A stretch of 16,365 nucleotides of DNA from Chthoniobacteraceae bacterium (GCA_040081625.1 JBEBGD010000118.1:1-16365); one strand, 5' to 3'. Numbered from the stretch's first letter, positions 7,696-16,231 are shown. Notes: generated by a model from the sequence alone, not told the origin. Numbers and translations: made by a program.

Positions 7696-8714
7696 GAGAC
7701 GGCGACTATCTGATCAAGACCATCCCGGCCCGCGATTGGAATGCCGCTCGCAAGCTCGTGCGCGCGAACCGTCCGCTGCCCGGCCCTGGCCTGCGTATGG
7801 CATGGACGCCCGACGGCGTGTGGGTGAGCCTTCGCGGCGAGGATCGCACCGCGCACCCGTGGCAGCTCGCGCCCGCATGGGATGGCGCGGCATGGACGAC
7901 CATCGTCCGCCCCGGCTTCGTCAATGGCGCCGACGTGACGATCGAATCCGCCGCGCACGCCGCGCTCACCGAAGACCCCGCGCCGCTGCTCCTGCTCGGA
8001 CCGAACTTCCGCAACCCGGTCCTCGCCGGCCGTGTGCCCGCCGTCTTCGCCCCCATCCTCTCCGATGGCACCCGTCAGCTTCGCGCGTGCGACGTCGCGC
8101 TCTTCACTCCGCGACCGGGATCGAGCCAGCGCGCCGTCATCTACAATCCGCCAGCCGACGCGCAGACCGTCGAGATCACCACGACCTTCTCGAATGCGCG
8201 CGTCCTCTCCGCGCCGAGCCGCAACTGGCTCGCCGCCGTCCCGGAGCTTCGCGGTTTCCAGCCGCCCACGCCGCTCGATCGCCTTCGTGGCACCGCCGTC
8301 GAGAGCGAGCAGGATGAACTGCTCATCGCTACCGTCTGGTTCGTTTCCCCCGAAGACGAACCGGACGGCAATCCTTACTCCGCGCCTGCTCGCAACTGGA
8401 CGCCCTTCGTCCAGAACTTCGTCTGGTGGAACCTGGCGCACGCCACCCGTGCGCGTGTCGGCGCGCCGGTGCCGCGCCCCATCCGCCTCGCCACCGGCCT
8501 GCTCGGCGGCTTCGCCGACAACATCTTCAACTCGCTCCTCTCGCCGAACAACGACCTGAGCGCGCAGATCTATGCCTACCTCCAGGCCTCGGATTTCTCC
8601 GGTCGATATTGGACACCCGGCCCCATCGGCGCCGACTCCCAGCCGCACGACAACCTCAACCCTCGCTTTCCTTTCGAGCGCACCGCCTTCGATCCGCAGT
8701 TCTTCGGGCTTTGA
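7692..8714 (+). CDS. Putative tail-tip protein, paralogue B
   Basis: 340 aa from GTG 7692. It shares W..AR..VRA.R.L.G.G.R..WTPDG...HP...I/V.PG.V.G with paralogue A. Confidence 0.75.
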   Translation: MRDGDYLIKTIPARDWNAARKLVRANRPLPGPGLRMAWTPDGVWVSLRGEDRTAHPWQLAPAWDGAAWTTIVRPGFVNGADVTIESAAHAALTEDPAPLLLLGPNFRNPVLAGRVPAVFAPILSDGTRQLRACDVALFTPRPGSSQRAVIYNPPADAQTVEITTTFSNARVLSAPSRNWLAAVPELRGFQPPTPLDRLRGTAVESEQDELLIATVWFVSPEDEPDGNPYSAPARNWTPFVQNFVWWNLAHATRARVGAPVPRPIRLATGLLGGFADNIFNSLLSPNNDLSAQIYAYLQASDFSGRYWTPGPIGADSQPHDNLNPRFPFERTAFDPQFFGL

Positions 8715-8716
8715 CA
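8710..8716 (+). promoter_or_regulatory. TTTGACA boundary motif, copy 4
   Basis: Contains stop TGA 8712-8714 and lies 13 nt before GTG 8730. Confidence 0.55.
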
Positions 8717-8729
8717 TGCACCGCCGCCA

Positions 8730-11700
8730 GTGAGCGAGATCGTCCTTCCACTCCACGCGTATCTTGCGGAGCAAAAGCTGATCGGCATCGAAGGTGGAGA
8801 ACCATCGCTGCCGACGCTTCGCCTCGCCGACACGCTTCTTTGCGAACTGCGCACCTGGCGCCGTGAGACCGCGGATGGACTCGTCGAGTGCTGGCCCAAC
8901 GTGCGCACCTTGCGCGTCTCGATCGGCAGGGTGCTCGCCGCTCCCGACTCCGGCAGCGTGGATCTCATCAAGCCTGCCGGCATCGCCTTCGGCCCCATCT
9001 CCATCGAGACCACCGACGATGAGCTGAAAGCCATCTTCAATGCTTCCGACATTGGCATCGAATGCGTAGAAGTCGAGACGCTCACCACCACCGCCGGAGC
9101 GATCGTCCCCGGCCTGTGGCTCGCGCGATTCGATTCCGACGATCCCGTCGATCTCGCCGCCGCCGTCAACCGGCTTCGCCCGCAATCCTTCGCCCGCTGG
9201 CGTTCCTACCTCGAAGGCGACGTGCGCTGGCACGAGCTGCGCTTCATCCGCGCGCCGCTCTCGTGGAACATCGAAGGCTGGGAGCGCATCCTGCCACCCG
9301 CTCCCGTCGTCGCAGAGTTTCGCGCCGGCTACATCACCACCGACGCGAGCGGCCTCGCCGAGATTCGCGTGAACGAGATCCAGTCGCTCACGCTCGCGAA
9401 AGGCTTCGACGGACACTTCGTCCTCGGCTTCGCGGGCCGCCAGACCTCGCTGCTCGGCAACGGCTCCGACGAGGACGCCATCGCCACTGCGCTCAACGCC
9501 ATGTGGCCCGGCAGCACGAAACGATTCTCCGTCACCCGGCCAGCTTCCGGCGTCGCCCACATCGAATTCATCGGCCCGCTCAGCGGCACCGATCAGCCGC
9601 TCGTAACCGCCACGGTGAAGGATCACGCGCCCGGAGTTCTCACCTTCAAGCTCCCTCTCGGCCTCGCTCAAATGTGTGCCGCCCTCCGCGCAGAGGCATC
9701 CATCAAGGTTCCGCTCGAGATCGAGATGGAGATCGTCCCCGAGGACGAAGACCCTGAAGACCCCGAAGTCGCTGGACGCCTTATTAGCATTCAGCAGGAA
9801 GTCACCGTCGCCCGCGAACTCATCTGGTCTGAGCTGGCCATCGTCCCCGCCATCGAATGGCTCCGTCCGCCGACCCGGAAAAGCTACATCCCGTTCACCC
9901 CCGCACAGGTTATCACCGGCCAACAGCACTACGTCGTTGTCTTGGGCGACGGCCTGCTCGATACCTTCGTCCTCGATCACGGCCTCGCCACCGAGAACAT
10001 CAGCGGCATCATCGTTCGCGAAAACACGAGCAACGGTCGCGTGCTCGGCCCGGGCGAAGTCGAATTCGTCATCGTCGATGAAGACAGCGTCGAGATCACC
10101 GTCGCCTTCACGCCCGCTGAAGCCAGCCTCGTAGCTATCATCACCGCCGCCGGCCCGAAATCCGCCTTCATCGACGACATCGAGATCACCATCGACCAGG
10201 TTCTCGGCTTGGAGTCCGCAGTCACTAACATCGTCAACAACATCCTCACCGAGACAGGCGACGGCGGGGGAGACACCACGACGACTACTTCCGCCGCTGG
10301 CAGCCCGCTCGATCAGCCCGTGCTGCTCCCCGATGTCGAGTTCAGCAACCCTCACGCGCACACGATCAAGGGGCCAGCCGGCACCGTGCTCGTGCCCGCG
10401 AACATCGTAAAGACGGATGCCGGCGCCGGCACGACCTCGACCTACACCGGCAGCGTCGCCGAGACCACGAACCGGCTGATCTACGACTACGCGCCGATCA
10501 GCCCGGCGGGGGAGTGGGCGCTCGATGAGCGGACGATCGACGGCACGAGGACGCTGCGCGCCGGGTCGCGCATCAAGCGCGCGACGCTTGGCAACGGCAC
10601 CTACATCGCGACGGCGGCGAGCGACAAGGTGATCGTGAACTCGGATCACACGCTGGCGATCGGCGACGCGATCCGCATCCAGAACCCGACCGGCACGCTG
10701 CCTCCGGAACTGGATGAGGAGACGACCTACTACGTGATCGCGGACGGCTTCAGCACGACGGAGGCGAAGCTCGCGCTGACTGCCGGCGGAAGCGCGATCG
10801 ACCTCTCGCTGAACGGCTCCGGCTACGCGGACGCTGAGGTGATCTTCCCCGCCGCGACGGTGATGGAGATCGGCGCAGATGCCGACGTGCAGCTCGCCGC
10901 CGAGGAAGGGCTCGACTCGCGTCGCGCGCTCCCGGGCGAGTTCGTCACCTTCCAGAATGGGCACTGGTTCATCGTGCGGCTCGTCGGCGACATCTGGTAT
11001 CCGTCCGCCTACGACTGCACCATCTTCGAGGCCGTCGTCAGCGGCGATCTGCTCAGCTCGGGCAAGCGGCTCACGCTCGACTTCGCACCGGCCTTCCAGC
11101 TTGCCAGCTTCAATGGCGACGTGAACGCCCGCGCCCGGCTCGTGCTCGACATGGCTGTCATCCACGACGGCACGCCGCTGCTCGACCAGCTCGATTTCGT
11201 CGAGCGCCTGAGCGTCGATCTCTTCCCGTCTGCCGGGCAAGTGCAGCTCCGCGGCCAGATCATCGTCGATCGCACAGACGACGCGCCGCCAGCGATGGCA
11301 GCCTCCGCGACGCTCGGCGGCATCACGAGCACATGGAATCCCGCACAGGTCGGCACCTTCACCGCTGATGCGGGCACCGATGTGCTCGCCTTCACCGCTG
11401 CGCACCGCCTGCTCGCGGGCGATCAGGTCTATGTGTTGAGCACGGCGACGCTCCCCGACGGGCTCGACGCGGGCACGATCTATCACGTCATCGCCAGCGG
11501 CCTTACCGACACCGATCTCAAGCTCTCCGAGACCGCGGGCGGCGCTGCGGTGGACATCACCGACGCCGGCACCGGCACGCATCGCGCGTTCTTCGCTTCG
11601 GTCTCCCTCGCGATCCGTGCGCGCCTGCTCGACTTCGATGCCGGCCCCGCGCCGTCGTCGGAGTCGCGCGCCCTGGCCGGCAGCCTGCGACTGACCAGCA

Positions 11701-11732
11701 AGGCCGCCCAATACACCATCTCCGAGCTGTAG
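8730..11732 (+). CDS. Large multidomain minor tail / baseplate-associated protein
   Basis: 1000 aa, acidic and beta-rich. It contains NEIQSLTL...GHFVLGF-type repeats, a GDG...F...HGL.T domain, and two H.L..GD...LP..L...T.Y.VI small barrel repeats. Confidence 0.85.
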   Translation: MSEIVLPLHAYLAEQKLIGIEGGEPSLPTLRLADTLLCELRTWRRETADGLVECWPNVRTLRVSIGRVLAAPDSGSVDLIKPAGIAFGPISIETTDDELKAIFNASDIGIECVEVETLTTTAGAIVPGLWLARFDSDDPVDLAAAVNRLRPQSFARWRSYLEGDVRWHELRFIRAPLSWNIEGWERILPPAPVVAEFRAGYITTDASGLAEIRVNEIQSLTLAKGFDGHFVLGFAGRQTSLLGNGSDEDAIATALNAMWPGSTKRFSVTRPASGVAHIEFIGPLSGTDQPLVTATVKDHAPGVLTFKLPLGLAQMCAALRAEASIKVPLEIEMEIVPEDEDPEDPEVAGRLISIQQEVTVARELIWSELAIVPAIEWLRPPTRKSYIPFTPAQVITGQQHYVVVLGDGLLDTFVLDHGLATENISGIIVRENTSNGRVLGPGEVEFVIVDEDSVEITVAFTPAEASLVAIITAAGPKSAFIDDIEITIDQVLGLESAVTNIVNNILTETGDGGGDTTTTTSAAGSPLDQPVLLPDVEFSNPHAHTIKGPAGTVLVPANIVKTDAGAGTTSTYTGSVAETTNRLIYDYAPISPAGEWALDERTIDGTRTLRAGSRIKRATLGNGTYIATAASDKVIVNSDHTLAIGDAIRIQNPTGTLPPELDEETTYYVIADGFSTTEAKLALTAGGSAIDLSLNGSGYADAEVIFPAATVMEIGADADVQLAAEEGLDSRRALPGEFVTFQNGHWFIVRLVGDIWYPSAYDCTIFEAVVSGDLLSSGKRLTLDFAPAFQLASFNGDVNARARLVLDMAVIHDGTPLLDQLDFVERLSVDLFPSAGQVQLRGQIIVDRTDDAPPAMAASATLGGITSTWNPAQVGTFTADAGTDVLAFTAAHRLLAGDQVYVLSTATLPDGLDAGTIYHVIASGLTDTDLKLSETAGGAAVDITDAGTGTHRAFFASVSLAIRARLLDFDAGPAPSSESRALAGSLRLTSKAAQYTISEL

Positions 11733-11735
11733 CCG

Positions 11736-12686
11736 ATGGCCGAGATCACCGCCGAGATCGATCCGTTCGGGCTCCACGGCCTGGGCTTCGTGGCGAACCT
11801 GCACGTCACTCTCGCGCCGGCCTCGGGCGGGATGGATGGGCCATCCATCACATGGGAAGGGTTGAGCGAGTTCAGCGACCTCAACTCCCAACCGGGCGGC
11901 GAAGAAGACCCTGACCCGGATGCGCCCGCCCCTCTGCCCAATGGGTCGCTCGGCAACTGGCTGAGCCTGGAGGATCGCTTCTGGTTCCAGCACGCCCTCC
12001 CCGCGCAATACCAGGCGTTCGGCTTATTCAAGATGCACTTCGCCGCGACGGGCCTCGTCGATGAAGTCGCGACTCGCGTAACTTTCGAGCATTCGATCAT
12101 CATCGAAGGCTACGGCTGGCTCGCTGGCTATCATCTCGACTGGTCGCTGTCGCCGCCGCAGCGGCGCAACGCCATCGACCTGCAATACGAGGTGCTCACC
12201 CGCACCGTGAGATCGCTGGCGATTGGCACGCGCGGCTCGCTGTGGGAGGACTTGTCGCCCGGTCTTCAGCTCTCGCCCGGCGAGACGCTGCGCATCCATG
12301 CGCTCATCGCGCGCGCGCGCCTCTACAGCGCGCCCACTGGAGAGATGAACCTCGCCGAAGTCTCCGATCTGCGCCTCGTCATCCGGCCCGTGCTGCAATT
12401 CGACGGCCCGCCCTACCTCGACATGCCAGCCACCGGCATCGAGACGATGGAAGTCCCCGCCGGCTTCGGCGTGCCGGGCGAAGGCTCGACCGACGTGCCC
12501 TACTTCGACCTCGTGCTCGACAGCCCACGCATCGCGCGGCTCTTCCTCCAGCTCAATGCCCCATCCGTGGCCGTCGCCGAAAGCGAGGCGATTCCCGCCG
12601 TGGCGATGGTCTCCTTCACTCTCGACGACACGCGCCACTTCATGCCGTCCATCCCCGTCTCCATCCGGCAGCGCATCGCGCGATGA
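11736..12686 (+). CDS. Minor tail protein, tandem paralogue 1 (variable N-terminus, conserved C-terminal domain)
   Basis: 316 aa. The conserved domain starts at IIIEG (12096). Confidence 0.85.
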   Translation: MAEITAEIDPFGLHGLGFVANLHVTLAPASGGMDGPSITWEGLSEFSDLNSQPGGEEDPDPDAPAPLPNGSLGNWLSLEDRFWFQHALPAQYQAFGLFKMHFAATGLVDEVATRVTFEHSIIIEGYGWLAGYHLDWSLSPPQRRNAIDLQYEVLTRTVRSLAIGTRGSLWEDLSPGLQLSPGETLRIHALIARARLYSAPTGEMNLAEVSDLRLVIRPVLQFDGPPYLDMPATGIETMEVPAGFGVPGEGSTDVPYFDLVLDSPRIARLFLQLNAPSVAVAESEAIPAVAMVSFTLDDTRHFMPSIPVSIRQRIAR

Positions 12687-13624
12687 CCTACGAACTCATC
12701 TCCGCCATCGATTCGTGGGGCTTTCGCGGCGTGCCCGTCGGCAGCTTTTTCAAGGTCCGCCGCATCGACAATTCCGCGGCCTTCCCGACGCCGACCGGCG
12801 GCACGCCAGCGGTTACATGGTGCCACGACCACCGCTACCGGGGCTTCCCGCCGGTCGTTGGAGTCTTCGGCAACTTCCCGGATGAAGGCGGCGACCTGCT
12901 CCCGTCGAAGAACCGACTCAAGGGAGAGCCCCGCGTGGAGGATGGCGCGGGCGTCTTCGACCTGTCGCTATCCTTCGTCGGCTACGTCGGCGCGACGGAG
13001 ACTCCGCATGTGCTTCACCATCGGCAGACGATCGTGATCGAAGGCGACGGCCGCCTCGCCTTCTACCATCTCGACTGGACGGACCCCGACGCGCCCGTCG
13101 CAAGGCAGGCGGTCGATCTCCAATACGACATGCTGCGGAGAGCCTTCACCTCGGTCGCGTGGCATGTGAACGTGACGCGCGGCACGTTCGGCGGGCTCGA
13201 ACCGCATTCGCCTGCGCAGCGCGAGCTGACGATCGGCCAGCCCGTGCGCATCCATGCGCTCATCTCCCGCGATGGGTGCAACAGCTTCCTCGATCCCGAC
13301 GATCCGCAGCTCGCCGCAGTGAGCGACCTCCAGCTCGTGATCCGCGCGCGCAACCAATTCGACGCACCGCCCTACGTCTCCATGCCGCCAACGGGCACCG
13401 AGTCGATGGGCCTGCCTGGCTACGACGCCGTGGAGGTGCCTTACTTCCAGTTCACGCCCGGCGGCCCGCGCATCGAGCGGCTCTTTGCGCAGCTCAATGC
13501 ACCGTCCGCCGCGGTGCCGCAGAGCGCCGCGCTCGAAGCCGATCTCCAGCTCGCCTTCACCCTCGATGGCCGGCGCACCTTCACCCCGCTGTTGCCCGTG
13601 CGCCTCCGCCAACCTCTCGCCTGA
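12683..13624 (+). CDS. Minor tail protein, tandem paralogue 2
   Basis: 313 aa from ATG 12683 (ATGA overlap). The conserved domain starts at IVIEG (13031). Confidence 0.85.
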   Translation: MTYELISAIDSWGFRGVPVGSFFKVRRIDNSAAFPTPTGGTPAVTWCHDHRYRGFPPVVGVFGNFPDEGGDLLPSKNRLKGEPRVEDGAGVFDLSLSFVGYVGATETPHVLHHRQTIVIEGDGRLAFYHLDWTDPDAPVARQAVDLQYDMLRRAFTSVAWHVNVTRGTFGGLEPHSPAQRELTIGQPVRIHALISRDGCNSFLDPDDPQLAAVSDLQLVIRARNQFDAPPYVSMPPTGTESMGLPGYDAVEVPYFQFTPGGPRIERLFAQLNAPSAAVPQSAALEADLQLAFTLDGRRTFTPLLPVRLRQPLA

Positions 13625-14466
13625 TGCCTACGATCGGTGTCACCATCCCCAAGTTCGGCTACCTCGGCGAGAGCTTCCTCATCGTGGCAGAAGGCTCCGG
13701 CTTCACGCCCTCGGACGTCACCACCGAGCTGCCCTACATCTACGCCAGCGGCCTGCCGACGGGACTGACCATCTACAGCCCCGAAGAAGCGGGTGGACTC
13801 GCGACGAGTCTCGGCACCGCCGATGAAGCCGGCATCTTCAACGTGCTCATCCGCGCCGCGAGCACCTATGGCTATGCAAACTTCGACTTCGAGAAGGCCG
13901 ACTTCGCCCGCAAGATCATCATCGAAGGCGCCGGCTGGCTCGCCTTCTATCATCTCGACTGGACCATCCCGGACGCGCCGATCGCCCGCAACGCGCTCGA
14001 CCTGCAATACAACCTCACGACGGGCGCCTTCAGCTCCGCGACGTTCGATCCCACCGAAGGCCTCGACCTGTGGCTCGGCAGCACCGTGCGCCTTCACCCG
14101 CTCATCGCCACCGGCCGCTGCCACAGCCGCGGCACCGCCGCGAACCTCGCCACCGTGAGCGACCTGCGCCTGGTCGCGCGCCCCGCCGGCCAGTTCGATG
14201 CCCCGCCGTTCCTGCTCATGGACACCATCACCGGCACCGAGCCGATGGCCGCGCCCGATCGCGACGCGGTGGACGTGCCCTACTTCGACCTCGCCCCCGG
14301 CGGCCCGCGTCTCGATCGGCTCTTCGCTCAGCTCAACGCGCCCGCCGCCGCCGATGCGGTCAGCGCATTCATCGCGTGCGAAGCGCAACTCGCCTTCACC
14401 TACCAGGGCCGCAGTCGCGTCACGCCGCCCTTCCCGCTGCGCATCCGCCAGCCTCTCACAAATTGA
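13624..14466 (+). CDS. Minor tail protein, tandem paralogue 3, with He_PIG-like Ig N-terminal domain
   Basis: 280 aa from ATG 13624 (TGATG overlap). ASGLPTGLTI...GTADEAGIFNVLIRA matches the He_PIG putative Ig pattern, and the conserved domain starts at IIIEG (13915). Confidence 0.85.
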   Translation: MPTIGVTIPKFGYLGESFLIVAEGSGFTPSDVTTELPYIYASGLPTGLTIYSPEEAGGLATSLGTADEAGIFNVLIRAASTYGYANFDFEKADFARKIIIEGAGWLAFYHLDWTIPDAPIARNALDLQYNLTTGAFSSATFDPTEGLDLWLGSTVRLHPLIATGRCHSRGTAANLATVSDLRLVARPAGQFDAPPFLLMDTITGTEPMAAPDRDAVDVPYFDLAPGGPRLDRLFAQLNAPAAADAVSAFIACEAQLAFTYQGRSRVTPPFPLRIRQPLTN

Positions 14467-14468
14467 CA
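14463..14468 (+). promoter_or_regulatory. TTGACA boundary motif, copy 5
   Basis: Contains stop TGA 14464-14466. It lies 12 nt before an out-of-frame GTG (14481) and 26 nt before the tail fibre ATG (14495). Confidence 0.5.
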
Positions 14469-14494
14469 CCGCGCCTCCCGGTGAACCTCCGCTG

Positions 14495-16231
14495 ATGCCT
14501 GCCACGCAATTTCCAGTCGAAGCCCTCGCCGCAGTCTCCGGAAAGACGAGCATCGCCGTGCTCGACGCGCTCGACTTCCATCCGTCCGCCGTCGCCGGCA
14601 CACTGCTGAGCCTGGGCATTGGCGAGCCCGGTGCTGCCGTGTGGGGGCTGATCACCGGCACGCTCGCCGATCAAACCGATCTCCAGGATGCGCTCGATGC
14701 GAAGGCTGGCGCGAGCGCGGTGGCTGCGAGCTTCAGCGCCGTCGATGATGCGCTCGCGCTTAAGGCGCCGCTGGATTCGCCGGCGTTCACGAACAACCCG
14801 ACCGCGACGACACAGAGCGCGGGCAACAGCTCGACGCGGCTGGCGACGACTGAGTTCGTGGCGACGGCCGTGGCGAACCTGATCGCGAGCGCGCCCGGTG
14901 CGCTCGACACGCTCGACGAGCTGGCCGCGGCGCTCGGCGACGACGCGAACTTCGCGAGCACCATCACGACCGCGGTCGGCGGCAAGCTCGCGAAGGCGAG
15001 CAACCTCTCCGATCTCACCGACGCATCGGCGGCGCGGACGAACCTCGGGCTCGGCACGGTGGCGACGCACGCGGCTTCCGAGTTCCAGACGGCGCTCGGC
15101 TCGATCAATGGCCTCGTGAAGGGCAACGGCGCGGGGGCTTACTCCGCGGCAACCGCCGGCACCGACTACGCCGGCATGAGCGTGCTGAACGCTTTCACGG
15201 CAAAGGCCACGTGGACGTTGAACTCCGGCACTGGCGCGGTGGTCGCGATCTCTGCTGGCGCGACTGGCCTGCGCGGCTTGCAAGTCAGTAAGACCTCCGC
15301 GGACGGCACCGTCCCGATTTTCGAGGCGATCAACAACACCGCCGGCACGGTGTTCAGCGTGTTCATCGATCACATCGAGGCTGGCGGCACGAACATCAAA
15401 AGCGTCGCCGATCCCGTGGACGCGCAGGACGCGGCGACGAAAGCCTACGTTGACGCGAGCGGTGGCGGCGGCGGCTCGATCAGCGATCCGCATGTCTATT
15501 ACGTGCGCAGCGACGGCAACGACTCGACGGGCGACGGCTCGGCGGGCGCGCCGTGGCTCACCGGCGGCAAGGCTTATACCGAGGGCATCGCGGGTGCGGT
15601 GCCCTTCGCGATCGACTTCGGCATCGGGAGCTTCTCGATCACGCTCGCGGCGGATTGGAATGCGCTGTGCCGGATTGTGAGAGGCGCGGGCGCTGACGCC
15701 AGGGCGACTGGCCCGACCTTTAGTCACGTCCAGATCAACGCCGGCGGAGGCTTCGCCAGCAACACGAACGGCGAGGACGGCTACGATGTGGCAGTCACTT
15801 TGGACGCGATCCAGGTCACCATCTCAACGGTGGGCGGATTCGTGACGGCCGATGACGCGGGCAGCTACACCGGCGGCGCAGGCGGCGCGGTCGAGTTGAG
15901 GGGCCGCGGCGTCATCGCCGCGATCGATGCGCGCGGCGGCGGAGATAGCTCTTCGAGCGACGGCTCCGTGACCGGCGGGAATGGAGCCAGCGTCACGATT
16001 GCCGGCAGTTTCACGACATGGCCCACGGCCGGGATCTCCAATCGCGGCGGCATCGAATACAACGGCGGCGGAAACGGCGCGGATGGCACGCTGACCGCGG
16101 ATGGTTGCGACTTCCGCGGTGCCACGGAAGTGGCGGTCGGCGACGCGACCTTTGGCCGCTGCTCCTACGACGTCGCTCTCTCGACGACCGGCACCTTCAC
16201 CGACAAGGGCGGCAACGCGAACTGGACATGA
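14495..16231 (+). CDS. Tail fibre / receptor-binding protein
   Basis: 578 aa from ATG 14495. It carries the fibre motifs WGLITGTLADQTDLQDAL, KAPLDSPAFT..PTA...STRLATTEFV, APGALDTLDELAAALGDDANFA, KLAKASNLSDL...ARTNLGL and VADPVDAQDAATKAYVD, then YYVRSDGNDSTGDGS..APW.T and a Gly-rich C-terminus. Confidence 0.92.
   Translation: MPATQFPVEALAAVSGKTSIAVLDALDFHPSAVAGTLLSLGIGEPGAAVWGLITGTLADQTDLQDALDAKAGASAVAASFSAVDDALALKAPLDSPAFTNNPTATTQSAGNSSTRLATTEFVATAVANLIASAPGALDTLDELAAALGDDANFASTITTAVGGKLAKASNLSDLTDASAARTNLGLGTVATHAASEFQTALGSINGLVKGNGAGAYSAATAGTDYAGMSVLNAFTAKATWTLNSGTGAVVAISAGATGLRGLQVSKTSADGTVPIFEAINNTAGTVFSVFIDHIEAGGTNIKSVADPVDAQDAATKAYVDASGGGGGSISDPHVYYVRSDGNDSTGDGSAGAPWLTGGKAYTEGIAGAVPFAIDFGIGSFSITLAADWNALCRIVRGAGADARATGPTFSHVQINAGGGFASNTNGEDGYDVAVTLDAIQVTISTVGGFVTADDAGSYTGGAGGAVELRGRGVIAAIDARGGGDSSSSDGSVTGGNGASVTIAGSFTTWPTAGISNRGGIEYNGGGNGADGTLTADGCDFRGATEVAVGDATFGRCSYDVALSTTGTFTDKGGNANWT

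Noticed and set aside
8712..11738. Possible stop readthrough or recoding fusing the same-frame genes at 7692, 8730 and 11736
   Set aside because: Each gene has its own plausible start, and all genes in the window are intact under the standard code. Sharing a frame is easily chance.
7641..12008. 1455-aa minus-strand ORF
   Set aside because: It is the exact in-register antisense of three consecutive + genes that share one frame. Avoidance of TTA/CTA/TCA codons explains the lack of stops, and the translation is not protein-like.
11736..14466. Diversity-generating retroelement or shufflon behind the paralogues
   Set aside because: No reverse transcriptase or invertase is present. I saw no near-identical template/variable repeat pair with adenine-specific differences and no inverted crossover sites.
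5294..14495. Long upstream extensions in the ORF track (starts 5294, 7119, 12242, 13159, 14198)
   Set aside because: These are Arg/Pro-rich shadow translations overlapping real genes. Internal starts at 6293, 7692, 12683, 13624 and 14495 fit the gene boundaries.
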